IMG/VR virus record: IMGVR_UViG_3300012005_000004
Coordinates: 1 to 64,000 of that record
Source: a virus
DNA length: 64,000 nt
Direction: 5' to 3' (one strand)
Part shown: in pieces, positions 29,231-38,633 of the stretch
Position numbering within the stretch: position 1 is the stretch's first letter
Layout of the letters: every line of letters begins with the position of its first letter
The notes under the pieces: generated by a model
Databases searched by the model: none
What the model saw: only the letters and a program-made list of their open reading frames with translations
What the model was told of the DNA's origin: nothing
Program-made: the position numbers and the translations under genes

Positions 29231-29734
29231 ATGATAATCATACCAACATTTACGCAATACGTGCCGATCGAGCTCTTCTTAGACCTCGATGGAGTATTTG
29301 CACACTTCGACCTCGGTCACTATGAGCTGTCTGGGAAGTGGCCTCACGAGGTTACCGACAGAGAGATGTGGAAGACCATTCACAAGGCTAAAGATTTTTT
29401 CCTTTCGCTTAAGTTCATGCCTGACGCTGAGATCCTTTGGGAATACACAAAGCAATACAACCCTAAGTTCCTGACAGGTGCTCCATCTTCAGAGCTTTCT
29501 AGGCTTCACAAGAAGCAGTGGGTAGCTGAGAAATTTGGACCTCAGTGGGAAACGATCGTGCTGCCGTCTAAGGACAAGCAAAAGTATGCAGGTCCTCACA
29601 AGGTCATCGTAGATGATCATAAGGATAACATCCAGCGTTGGACTGATGCTGGAGGCATAGGCATCTTGCACACCGACGTTCACGTAACAATTCAACAGCT
29701 TGAAGCTCTTCGATTAACTTATCACCCGGAGTAA
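29231..29734 (+). CDS. HAD-family 5'(3')-deoxyribonucleotidase
   Basis: FLDLDGV, LTG, K..W, IVDD...NI..W..AGG.GI. Confidence 0.85.
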   Translation: MIIIPTFTQYVPIELFLDLDGVFAHFDLGHYELSGKWPHEVTDREMWKTIHKAKDFFLSLKFMPDAEILWEYTKQYNPKFLTGAPSSELSRLHKKQWVAEKFGPQWETIVLPSKDKQKYAGPHKVIVDDHKDNIQRWTDAGGIGILHTDVHVTIQQLEALRLTYHPE

Positions 29735-29736
29735 AG

Positions 29737-30894
29737 ATGAAGATTGTAGTCGTTGGAGGGATCGGTGCTGGTAAGTCGACCGTTATAGAGAAGCTTCAAA
29801 CAGAGATGCTAAAGATGAATACTAGCATCGAGCCTATAAAGCCATCGGTGACTTTTTGCAGCGTTGATAAATTCGTTAGTTGGCTTTATGAAAACAGCAT
29901 AGAGGTTAAGGAGTTCTTGAAGTCCTTAGGAATAAAAGATAAAGCTCAGATGTCGGACGTTGTGTTTGAAAATCCGTTTATCAAGGAAAAGCTTGAGAGC
30001 ATCTGCGCCCCTTTGATCTCAAAGGAAATTAACTATTGGGTCGATCGAGAAGATTGGAAAAAGAACCACTTGATCGTCGAATTTCCATTGCTATTTCAAT
30101 ATCCGGAGTACCTCGATAAGTTTGATGTGATCGTTTCAGTTACCGCTCCAATTGACGTAAGGATCGGTCGTATTAAAAATCGCAATGGGTTCTCTACTGA
30201 CAAGATACTTTCAATCATAAACTCTCAACCTTTACAGCAAGACGTAGATGAGAGGGCTGACGTTGTGATTTACAACGGATCAGATAAGCTCGATAGTGAT
30301 GACATTAATATCTTGTTGAATGACATCGGAGAAGCTTATTTTAAGAAACAAGCTAGTTTAGAACATACTGATAAAGATGAATCAGATCTAAAGATCGGTA
30401 TCGTTTCTGGTTCATTTGATCCCATCACCAAGGGTCACATGTGGCTGATTGATCGTGCTCTGGACATGGTGGACAAGGTCTATATCGTGATCGGAACCAA
30501 CCCAGGAAAGAATAGCCTCTTCACGCAAGATGAAAAGAAGAATATGATCTGCGATTCTCTAGATAGTTTACCTAAACATAAGCTAGAAAGAGTTCACATT
30601 AAGGTCCTTCCAGAGTCTGAGCTATTGGTGTATTACGCAAAAGAGCTTGGTGCGGCCTTCATCTTCCGTGGTCTCAGGTCTGGCATTGACTTTGAGTATG
30701 AATCTCAAATCAACATGACACAGCGAAAGCTTAATCCAGACATCGAGATAGTTTACTTGATGCCTCCACGTGACAAGATCGAGATCAGCTCATCCTTTGT
30801 AAAAGGGCTATACAAGCTTAACGGTACCGATGAGCTGATTCAATCTTACGTTCCATATCCAGTTTATGAAGCTCTCAAGAAAAAGTTAAAATGA
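29737..30894 (+). CDS. coaE-coaD: Dephospho-CoA kinase (CoaE) fused to phosphopantetheine adenylyltransferase (CoaD)
   Basis: N-half GGIGAGKST, EFPLLF, R..RI..R.G, ADVVIYN; C-half GSFDPITKGH, NPGK, RGLR...DFEYE, ISSSFVK. Confidence 0.9.
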   Translation: MKIVVVGGIGAGKSTVIEKLQTEMLKMNTSIEPIKPSVTFCSVDKFVSWLYENSIEVKEFLKSLGIKDKAQMSDVVFENPFIKEKLESICAPLISKEINYWVDREDWKKNHLIVEFPLLFQYPEYLDKFDVIVSVTAPIDVRIGRIKNRNGFSTDKILSIINSQPLQQDVDERADVVIYNGSDKLDSDDINILLNDIGEAYFKKQASLEHTDKDESDLKIGIVSGSFDPITKGHMWLIDRALDMVDKVYIVIGTNPGKNSLFTQDEKKNMICDSLDSLPKHKLERVHIKVLPESELLVYYAKELGAAFIFRGLRSGIDFEYESQINMTQRKLNPDIEIVYLMPPRDKIEISSSFVKGLYKLNGTDELIQSYVPYPVYEALKKKLK

Positions 30895-31361
30895 TCAAAT
30901 ATCACATCGGATTATTGTTTGACATCGCCCAGCTTGCTGACCACTTTTATCCCATCGTTAAGGGTCTCACCGGTAGAGATGCGATCTACCAGAACCCAGG
31001 TGCTTCATTACGTAGCTTTGCTGTCTTCAACTGTCGTAACAGGATCGTTGAGCTACCAGAGGAAATAACGTTAGCCTATGAAGAGTGTGTGTCTTTCATC
31101 AACGATGAGACGGTTTGGGAAACTATCGAAAAATACGCTCGCACATATCCTTATGAGCTGGTAGACAAGCTGTTCGCCATCACCGGGCCGTCTGAAGATA
31201 TTAACCAAGCGATGCGAGATTTTAATGATCTTAATTGTATTCTCGACCAAGGTAGGCTTGGCAATGATGATCAGTTCGTGCAAGCGTTGATTGACATCAA
31301 GACAAAGGCAGAAGAGTTCGCTTCTGATATTGAATCAACCTCTTCCGACTCGGTGGCTTAA
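30891..31361 (+). CDS. Hypothetical protein
   Basis: ATGA overlap. Confidence 0.65.
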   Translation: MIKYHIGLLFDIAQLADHFYPIVKGLTGRDAIYQNPGASLRSFAVFNCRNRIVELPEEITLAYEECVSFINDETVWETIEKYARTYPYELVDKLFAITGPSEDINQAMRDFNDLNCILDQGRLGNDDQFVQALIDIKTKAEEFASDIESTSSDSVA

Positions 31362-32008
31362 TGAACGTAGAAGCGATACTAGCGCACAGCAAGAACTTCG
31401 TCATCGGTAAAGGCAATGGTATGCCGTGGCATCACAGCGCCGACTTCAAGAGGTTTGCAGCAATCACGAAGGGTCATGCGCTGCTGATGGGAGCTAAGAC
31501 CTTCCTCGGCATCGTTGATTACTTTAAGTCAACAAAAACACAGATCTTACCAGAGAGAAAGATCTTCATCTTAGCCGATCACAAGGGTGATCACATTCCT
31601 TTGGGACATCATGTTCACCGCCGAGGATATGGTCCAGAGTGGACACAGCTCAATAACCAGCTAATAGGATATTGCAAGGACCTCGCACTAGACACGTCTA
31701 ACCTTAACGTGGTGCTAAATGATGACGGTCCCACAAACATCATCCGTAGAATTAGCCCGATGATATGCAAGGATCAAACGCTCTTCATTGCTGGTGGGGC
31801 TAAGGTTTACCGAGAGTACCTTCCTCTAGCTTCGACGATACACGTTACCGTAATCGACACCGAAGTTCCAGAAGGTGAAGACATCGTATCGCTTCATGAA
31901 GATTCGATCGCTCTATTGAAAGATCGATCAACGTATCGAACAGAGCTAGAGAGTTATGCAGATCACAAGGGGTTGACTGCTTTCTTTCACCGATTGGAGA
32001 AAAAGTGA
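31361..32008 (+). CDS. folA: Dihydrofolate reductase (with internal insertion)
   Basis: VIG.GNGMPWH..AD..RF...T.GH..LMGAKTF, LPER, IAGGAKVY. Confidence 0.88.
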   Translation: MNVEAILAHSKNFVIGKGNGMPWHHSADFKRFAAITKGHALLMGAKTFLGIVDYFKSTKTQILPERKIFILADHKGDHIPLGHHVHRRGYGPEWTQLNNQLIGYCKDLALDTSNLNVVLNDDGPTNIIRRISPMICKDQTLFIAGGAKVYREYLPLASTIHVTVIDTEVPEGEDIVSLHEDSIALLKDRSTYRTELESYADHKGLTAFFHRLEKK

Positions 32009-32421
32009 TGCCACCAGAAGAATTGATTGCCATATGGATCGTTAACTTAGCTAAAGAGCTAGAAGCTTCTAAAGATGAACAAGAGAGCACATTAATTAAA
32101 AATTATTATGCTCCTCATATTACTCGGCTTCTTCAAGAAGGAAGTAAAGATTCCAAAGAATTAATATTGACTTTAATAAAAGCGCTAGATATATGCGTTA
32201 AAAGTAATGGTATTCGAGACGGTGATTTTCTAACTCATTGCACCATAAACAGGTTGGCGTATCCTAGATCTATTAAAACCATAGACATGACGTTGAAGCT
32301 TAATAATAATCTTAAGTATTTAAGATTATTTAACGCAGGATGTACAACGGAGAAAATGAAGTTAAATTTTGTACCATCTTTAAGCCTAGAAGAGATTGCT
32401 CGATCGATCTTGATGAATTAG
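32005..32421 (+). CDS. Paralog array member 1
   Basis: YYAPHITRLL ... EEIARSILM. Confidence 0.65.
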   Translation: MMPPEELIAIWIVNLAKELEASKDEQESTLIKNYYAPHITRLLQEGSKDSKELILTLIKALDICVKSNGIRDGDFLTHCTINRLAYPRSIKTIDMTLKLNNNLKYLRLFNAGCTTEKMKLNFVPSLSLEEIARSILMN

Positions 32422-32429
32422 GAGATGAA

Positions 32430-32840
32430 ATGTCACTTGAAATCAAGCTCACTAATGTATTAACTGATTTTATCATAGATTTACAAAAATCATACAATGA
32501 TGCTGAAAGCTCTCTTTGGAAAGCATATTACGTTCCAATTCTTACAAGAATGCTTCTACAAAATCTTTCAGTTTATTCGTCTGAAGATGCATGCGAGGAA
32601 GTGAGATTTAGGCTGAGAACGATCTTGCATAATTGTAGGAAAAATGGTGCTATCTCATTCTATGTCATTGGAGACGTTAATTTCTCCCAAGATGCATTTT
32701 TAATTGAATTAGAACTTTCGAAATCAAAATATAATCGAAATGGAATTACTACTGGATCTTGGGAAATATTTAAGATCACGGTTGTAGCTCATTCATTGAG
32801 TCAAGAAGAGAAGGCTCGTTCAATATTGTTAGGAGATTGA
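32430..32840 (+). CDS. Paralog array member 2
   Basis: YYVPILTRML ... EEKARSILLGD. Confidence 0.7.
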   Translation: MSLEIKLTNVLTDFIIDLQKSYNDAESSLWKAYYVPILTRMLLQNLSVYSSEDACEEVRFRLRTILHNCRKNGAISFYVIGDVNFSQDAFLIELELSKSKYNRNGITTGSWEIFKITVVAHSLSQEEKARSILLGD

Positions 32841-32841
32841 A

Positions 32842-33267
32842 ATGATTATATCAGAACAAATATCAAAATTGATCGGTCCGTTATCTTACTTTTTAGGATA
32901 TTCCATCAATGATTTAGAGCGTGATTCGTATAAGACATTCTACGTCCCTAAGATATCTAAGCTAATTCACAGCCTGGTGGCAGTCAAAAATTCCATGCCG
33001 AATATATTATTTTTTGAAGATTTAGCCTTAACAACTATTAAAAAAGCTCTTTTTGAGACATTAAATAAAAGAAATATTCGTAGTTATAAGGTAGAACATC
33101 AACGTGGAAATGGGTACAGCTTTATCGAAGTAACTTTTGAAATGATGAATTTTCAATATTCGAGAGGTGTTCCGGGAAGAGACAGCTTTGAATCATTTTG
33201 TATCGACCTTCTCTATGAACCAACAAGCATCGATGATACGACTCGATCAATCTTGCTAGGAGACTAA
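32842..33267 (+). CDS. Paralog array member 3
   Basis: FYVPKISKLI ... DDTTRSILLGD. Confidence 0.7.
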   Translation: MIISEQISKLIGPLSYFLGYSINDLERDSYKTFYVPKISKLIHSLVAVKNSMPNILFFEDLALTTIKKALFETLNKRNIRSYKVEHQRGNGYSFIEVTFEMMNFQYSRGVPGRDSFESFCIDLLYEPTSIDDTTRSILLGD

Positions 33268-33268
33268 A

Positions 33269-33667
33269 TTGAATTTACTGCATTTATTTTACTTTTTTGT
33301 CAATGACTTGAGGGCAACTGCAGGACCAGTTATAGGACATGCTACAGATATAGCTGCAAGAGATAAGGTTTGTGAAGCTTACTTACCTGGGATCTCCACC
33401 GCGCTTTTTAAGAACCTTGAAGGTTTTGAGCGTCGGAATCAGTTACAATTTATCTATGATAGGTTAAAAGATGTAATCGTTGACTTGATAAAAGTTGGTG
33501 ACATTATAAGTGGTACCGTAATCTATAAAATGATACCGGATGAATTTGTTGTCATGTTGGAGCTAATTGCTCAGAATAACAACATTTTTGACCAGAACTT
33601 GACAATTTCAATGAAGAATGGAAACTTCGACTTCAATGAAACGGTAAAGTCGATCTTGCTAGGATAA
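33269..33667 (+). CDS. Paralog array member 4
   Basis: TTG start; AYLPGISTAL ... NETVKSILLG. Confidence 0.65.
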   Translation: MNLLHLFYFFVNDLRATAGPVIGHATDIAARDKVCEAYLPGISTALFKNLEGFERRNQLQFIYDRLKDVIVDLIKVGDIISGTVIYKMIPDEFVVMLELIAQNNNIFDQNLTISMKNGNFDFNETVKSILLG

Positions 33668-34318
33668 TCAAAGTTTAGCGAACCGTTCAAGGTCCATCCC
33701 ATCTTTGTCATAGGCGAGCATCTCAGCTTGAGCAGCTACAACTCCAGCTTTTCCATGACCAAGATGTTTGTTAACGATATTGACAGCGGCCTGTAGCTCG
33801 GCTAGATTTTTGCCTAGGTGATTGACCTTAACTTCTTTGAGATGTTTAACTAAGATTAACGATAGAATTCCATCATCAACGTTCCTGATGACTAAGTATG
33901 TGCCAATATAATCTACGTGCTTTTCAATCCCTTTCAACGATGTGAATTCATTACACACGTACTTCCCATTAACTTTTCTAGGAGAGTACTCAAATGTTAT
34001 ATCTCCGCTGATGTAGAAATCTCCTTTGACGGTTTTAGGGCACCCTCTCATGGTGGTAGGAGCAACCCCAGATTTGCTCTTATTAAGAGCAAAGGTAGCG
34101 TTAGCTTCTGAAAAAGTAAAAGGAAGAGCTCCATCTTCAGAAGATACCGCTATGGTCGCAAGGCACCGAATCTCACCATCGGTAGTAAGTAAAATATCGG
34201 CAGGATTAAACTTACTTATGTCGTTATAGCTCCAGTTGGCCGACATCCACTCGACGACCTTGCGATACTTGTCCATCCAGGCCTTATCTTCTTTATCGGT
34301 GATCTCGTGTAGCTTCAT
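33668..34318 (-). CDS. LRR-like repeat protein (paralog A), possible virion internal protein
   Basis: GCPKTVKGDF / TSLKGI repeats; ends FAKL; paralog of 34315 and 59642. Confidence 0.75.
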   Translation of the reverse strand: MKLHEITDKEDKAWMDKYRKVVEWMSANWSYNDISKFNPADILLTTDGEIRCLATIAVSSEDGALPFTFSEANATFALNKSKSGVAPTTMRGCPKTVKGDFYISGDITFEYSPRKVNGKYVCNEFTSLKGIEKHVDYIGTYLVIRNVDDGILSLILVKHLKEVKVNHLGKNLAELQAAVNIVNKHLGHGKAGVVAAQAEMLAYDKDGMDLERFAKL

Positions 34319-34959
34319 AGTTTAGCGAACTTCGATAGGTCAAGGTCTTCATAATCTTCTAGCTCTTTCTGAGCATCTAGAACTCCAGCCCTACCTTTAC
34401 CTAAATACTTGTTGACGATCTTGCACGCGGTGTCAAGCTCTTCATCTTCAGGATCATCAGCTTCGATAGATCCTAGGCTCTTAACTAAGATAACGCTGAG
34501 AAGCCCTCCCTTAACTCGCCTGATAACTAAGGCTTCTCCGATCTTATCTACGTGCTTTTCGATACCTTTAAGCGAGGTAAATTCTAGACAGTAATAGCTT
34601 CCACCTACGCTCTTAGGAGAACCTTCAAACGAAGGTAGGTCTCCCTCGATGGTAAAGTTATCGGTGACTATATTTGGACATCCCTTCATCGTCTTGGGTG
34701 CCATCTTAGACGTATTGACTAGCAATGAAAAATTACCACCAGCTCTCGTGAACTTGAACGGAATCTCTCCGTCATCGGTATCTATACCCAGTGACCCTTC
34801 TACGAATACCCCTGTCGGGAAGACTTTAATCTTCTGCCATATATTATCATTTGTTACTTGACCATCAGATTCACTATCATAGGCGTGGTCAATTACCCAC
34901 TTGTAGATCTCACTTCCGTTAGTGAGCTTCTTGTCTTCGGTAAGTTCTAAGAGTTTCAT
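34315..34959 (-). CDS. LRR-like repeat protein (paralog B)
   Basis: Shares EFTSLKGIEKHVD.IG with paralog A; starts MKLLELTE. Confidence 0.75.
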   Translation of the reverse strand: MKLLELTEDKKLTNGSEIYKWVIDHAYDSESDGQVTNDNIWQKIKVFPTGVFVEGSLGIDTDDGEIPFKFTRAGGNFSLLVNTSKMAPKTMKGCPNIVTDNFTIEGDLPSFEGSPKSVGGSYYCLEFTSLKGIEKHVDKIGEALVIRRVKGGLLSVILVKSLGSIEADDPEDEELDTACKIVNKYLGKGRAGVLDAQKELEDYEDLDLSKFAKL

Positions 34960-34964
34960 GATGG

Positions 34965-34971
34965 TATTTAT
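34965..34971 (-). promoter_or_regulatory. T4-type late promoter box
   Basis: ATAAATA 5 nt before ATG. Confidence 0.65.
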
Positions 34972-35026
34972 CCTCTAAAGTTTTCCGGAGGAAACATGTG
35001 ATATAATCTTCTCTCATGGAGACTAT

Positions 35027-36724
35027 ATGCAACAGCATCCTATCACATTTTTCCACAATCATTCTATAGTTCCTAGGGAACAACAAACCAGAGTGCTAGA
35101 TGCGGTCCACGCGAACTGGGACAAGTACAAATATTTTGCCCTGTCTTGTCCGACCGGCGTAGGTAAAACTTATATCGCCACAGCGATCGCTGATTCTCTC
35201 AAGAACGCTTACATCCTTACCTCGACGTTACAGCTCCAAGAGCAATATGAATCATCTTGGAAACAGCTAGTCAACCTCAAAGGACGCAGCAACTATCAAT
35301 GTAACGTCAACACGAACTTTACCGTGGATGCAGCGCCGTGCGCGGCTAACATGGACCTCTATTCTGATTGCATGCAAGCTAGCCGGTGCGCTTACTATAA
35401 TCAAAAGAACCTCGCCCTTAAGTCAAAAGCGATGATCACAAACCCGGTGTACATGCTATATTCTACACATTGTGGCTTCGCTAAGGATGAGGAGTCGCCG
35501 TGGGTGAAGCGATCTGTTCTGATCATCGATGAAGCGCACAATACCGAGAATCACCTAGTCAGCTTTGCCGAATCAGACGTAGATCCACAAGCGTATCACG
35601 ATGAGTTTGGTTGTGAAACAGATCACTTTAAGTTTACCGGAGATCAACTTACTGACTATATGATGGTAGTCGAGATCAAGGAGATCTTGCTCGAAAAGCA
35701 AGAGGAGATGAAGGCCGAGATCGACAACCAATTTCCTGCAGCCAAGATGCTTGGTATTGACGTTAAGACGTGGGCTAGGGGGTTTTCGGTTAAGGCTGCG
35801 GAGAAGGTACAAAAGCTTCAGGCTAGAGCAAATAAGCTTGACAAGGCCATCCAACCTCTCAAGATCTTCTTCAACACTCATTCTACTCCGGAGGAGCTGT
35901 CGCGCCGGTGGTTAGTTGAGAAGGTTGCTGACAAGAACGTATTGAAGCTCGCTCCTGTTTATGGGGACTTTCTCTTCCAAGAGTACTACGGTACCTTGGC
36001 AGACAAGTTTGTGTTCCTCTCAGCTACTCTTGGAACTAAGAAAGAATTTGCTAAGGAGATTGGGATCAAGGAATCTGAGCTCTTCTTCATCGAGACGGAT
36101 TCTCCATTCCCTCCTCAAAATAGTCCGATCATCATCTCTCCGATGATAAAGCTCTCGAAGGAAGTTTATGAGTCTAACGTTAAGAAGGTTGGACCGTTGA
36201 TCGATGAGATCTTGAATTTCCATAACGGAGAACGAGGGATCATCCACTCCGTCACATATGATCTTCAAAAACACATCTTTAATGGTGTCACACCTCTAAA
36301 TAGAAAGAGGCTCTTATGCCGCGACATGGATACATTAAATGGAGTGGTTAGTAAGAGTGTGTATCCGAAGAAATACTCTAACCAAGAGCTTCTTAGCTTA
36401 CACGAGGCAAAACCAGATAATGTGCTGCTGTCTCCGTCGATGATGGAAGGTGTTGACTTACATGATGATCTTTCGGCTTTTCAGGTTATCATCAAGCTAC
36501 CCTGGGCTAACCTGGGAGACATAAGGATCCGCACCAAGTCTAACCTCGACGGAGACTGGTACGCAAATAAGATGTGGCTGAGCATCCTTCAAGCTTCAGG
36601 GCGAAGCACGCGTCATGAGACTGATCGGTCGATGACGTATATCTTGGACGCTAATTTTAAGTACTTCTATAACCAGTGGAAATCGAAGCTACCAGATTGG
36701 TTCAAGCAAAGGATAGTATTTTAA
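35027..36724 (+). CDS. DinG/XPD-family SF2 helicase
   Basis: CPTGVGKT, KGRSNYQC..(Fe-S Cys), DEAH, SATL, EGVD, QASGRSTR. Confidence 0.9.
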   Translation: MQQHPITFFHNHSIVPREQQTRVLDAVHANWDKYKYFALSCPTGVGKTYIATAIADSLKNAYILTSTLQLQEQYESSWKQLVNLKGRSNYQCNVNTNFTVDAAPCAANMDLYSDCMQASRCAYYNQKNLALKSKAMITNPVYMLYSTHCGFAKDEESPWVKRSVLIIDEAHNTENHLVSFAESDVDPQAYHDEFGCETDHFKFTGDQLTDYMMVVEIKEILLEKQEEMKAEIDNQFPAAKMLGIDVKTWARGFSVKAAEKVQKLQARANKLDKAIQPLKIFFNTHSTPEELSRRWLVEKVADKNVLKLAPVYGDFLFQEYYGTLADKFVFLSATLGTKKEFAKEIGIKESELFFIETDSPFPPQNSPIIISPMIKLSKEVYESNVKKVGPLIDEILNFHNGERGIIHSVTYDLQKHIFNGVTPLNRKRLLCRDMDTLNGVVSKSVYPKKYSNQELLSLHEAKPDNVLLSPSMMEGVDLHDDLSAFQVIIKLPWANLGDIRIRTKSNLDGDWYANKMWLSILQASGRSTRHETDRSMTYILDANFKYFYNQWKSKLPDWFKQRIVF

Positions 36725-36733
36725 GGTAACATC

Positions 36734-37216
36734 ATGGATAGCATGCAGTTCGTCGACAGCCTGAGGAAGATCCCGGAGGTTGTGACCGTCGCTAACGTGA
36801 TGAACATCCCGATCTCCACCAAGCTGTTTGTTTTTATTAACACCCAGAAGAACCTAATCTTAGTCGAAGGAACGGTTATTGCGTTAAATCACCATACGGC
36901 AGATGGTCTTCCAGACATCTTGATCACGATGGAGTTTACGATCAATGGGTTACCACACGCATCAACCTTGGTTCTTGGTCAAACATATAACGGTTGGACC
37001 GACAAGATCGGAGATGAGGGAGACAACCTTAATAGAGTATTCTTAACTAAGGCGGCTGCGTTGAGATACTTTGAGGACATCTCCTTCGTAAATGATATAA
37101 AAACACTAGAACGATCTAGAAGCATTCATGGATTGATAAGCCGATTGCTCCACCAAGCCAATCATCCAAGAGGTGCTGGGGGATCTCCTAGTGATAGGGA
37201 TCAAAAGAAAGATTGA
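36734..37216 (+). CDS. Hypothetical protein
   Basis: AAGG SD. Confidence 0.6.
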   Translation: MDSMQFVDSLRKIPEVVTVANVMNIPISTKLFVFINTQKNLILVEGTVIALNHHTADGLPDILITMEFTINGLPHASTLVLGQTYNGWTDKIGDEGDNLNRVFLTKAAALRYFEDISFVNDIKTLERSRSIHGLISRLLHQANHPRGAGGSPSDRDQKKD

Positions 37217-37251
37217 TAATTTGAAATATCAAATTGTTACTAAAAATAATT

Positions 37252-37281
37252 GTTTACATGAGGTACTGGAATGATTATAAT
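37252..37281 (+). promoter_or_regulatory. Early-type promoter
   Basis: GTTTAC-N18-TATAAT. Confidence 0.75.
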
Positions 37282-37414
37282 GAGTTCCTTGGTAAAGCAC
37301 TTCCGATACACAAGTTACACTTCCAATAAGGAACTTCTCATAATCAAAGATCTTGCTAAAGATCTAGGATGCTCAGTCCCAAAAATAAAGAAACACAATG
37401 AGACCTAGTACAAA

Positions 37415-37861
37415 ATGAGATTTTATTCGACCGAGTATGTACTGACAAGTAATAATAAAGAGCAAAAGTTCAACGGAAATATTTGGGCTCCAAGCTTTGA
37501 GGCGGCCACCGAGTTGGCAATCCTTCGTAACATCAATGAACGGGTCCTTGGAGTAGTATCTGGTTATCCAGGCTTCGATCCTTGTCCACTCCCTTCTACT
37601 TTTTACAAAAACCGTGATTTGATCGAATGCACCCACGTCCTCGTGTTTTACGGTTGGCTAGCATCAAAAGCCAAGGCAGCAGACTGCGATTCACTTCTAA
37701 ATGATCACGGTGCTATCCACGAGATCCTCCACGAAATGCACCATCCTAATTTCTACTCTTTTAGACAAGAAGTTATGGACATGCTGATCAAGCTTGAAGA
37801 GTCTATTCCTGGGTTAAAAACATACATAGGTGTTAAAAATCACAATAAAGTTACTGAGTAG
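37415..37861 (+). CDS. Hypothetical protein
   Basis: 148 aa ORF followed by terminator. Confidence 0.65.
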   Translation: MRFYSTEYVLTSNNKEQKFNGNIWAPSFEAATELAILRNINERVLGVVSGYPGFDPCPLPSTFYKNRDLIECTHVLVFYGWLASKAKAADCDSLLNDHGAIHEILHEMHHPNFYSFRQEVMDMLIKLEESIPGLKTYIGVKNHNKVTE

Positions 37862-37873
37862 TAATTTAAGATA

Positions 37874-37910
37874 GCAAGAATGTGTTTATTTTACACATTC
37901 TTGCATTTTT
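37874..37910 (+). terminator. Terminator hairpin
   Basis: GCAAGAATGTGT/ACACATTCTTGC then ATTTTT. Confidence 0.7.
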
Positions 37911-37922
37911 ATGTGATAGTCG

Positions 37923-37952
37923 GTTTACTTTTGATACCGTGTGATATACTAT
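37923..37952 (+). promoter_or_regulatory. Early-type promoter
   Basis: GTTTAC-N18-TACTAT. Confidence 0.7.
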
Positions 37953-38037
37953 TACTCCATAGAAGTTGAACACGAGAGAGGAGAGCTCACAAGGTGATCC
38001 TAATTTTATAACCAATGAATAATCAGGAGTAACATTC

Positions 38038-38571
38038 ATGGACAAGCAACATCAAGATGGTCGCAATGATTTCAAGTTTGGAACATCAAAACCAAATAAG
38101 CGTGATTTCTACAATGTGGTCGTGATCGCTCCAAATGGAACCGTGATCGATGAACATCAATGGAAAAAGGTCGCCGGTAACAAAGAAGGCGGAGATCTCC
38201 GCAAAGCGCTGAAGGTTGAAGGTTGGACCCCAGTTCGGGTCTTTGACGAAACCGCGTATGAAGCGTCGCGTTCAGAATTCCGCGATCAAAACAAGAGGTC
38301 TACCCAGGAATCTCGTCAATCGGTTATTCAGCAAGCTTTCATTGACGCTGAAGTTGAATATCATCCGCGGATTGAAAGCGCCCTCCGCATCGTTCTTCAG
38401 CTGATGGATCCATCACAAGAAAAGCGGACAGTTACTACTCTTCGTAATGTAGTTCGTTCCATCGATGCCGGTATGTCTGAAGATGCTCGGGCCAAGGGTA
38501 AGACTAAGGTCTCCAAGGGAACCACCAAGACGGTTGAAAGCGCCGCGCAGGTCGAAACTACGCAATCGTAA
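38038..38571 (+). CDS. Hypothetical protein
   Basis: AGGAG SD; own promoter and terminator. Confidence 0.7.
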   Translation: MDKQHQDGRNDFKFGTSKPNKRDFYNVVVIAPNGTVIDEHQWKKVAGNKEGGDLRKALKVEGWTPVRVFDETAYEASRSEFRDQNKRSTQESRQSVIQQAFIDAEVEYHPRIESALRIVLQLMDPSQEKRTVTTLRNVVRSIDAGMSEDARAKGKTKVSKGTTKTVESAAQVETTQS

Positions 38572-38586
38572 ATACCAGCAGGCTGT

Positions 38587-38620
38587 AAAATGGCGTACCA
38601 AAAATTGGTACGCCATTTTT
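38587..38620. terminator. Bidirectional terminator between convergent genes
   Basis: AAAATGGCGTACCAA-aaa-TTGGTACGCCATTTT. Confidence 0.8.
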
Positions 38621-38633
38621 ATATGCGAAATTA

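Noticed and set aside
37282-37408. Hairpin AGTTCCTT/AAGGAACT with two CACTTCC copies, or a 42-codon ORF, after the 37252 promoter
   Set aside because: The ATG overlaps the -10 box, the structure is weak, and the similarity to the Y-like loop is too short to separate from chance
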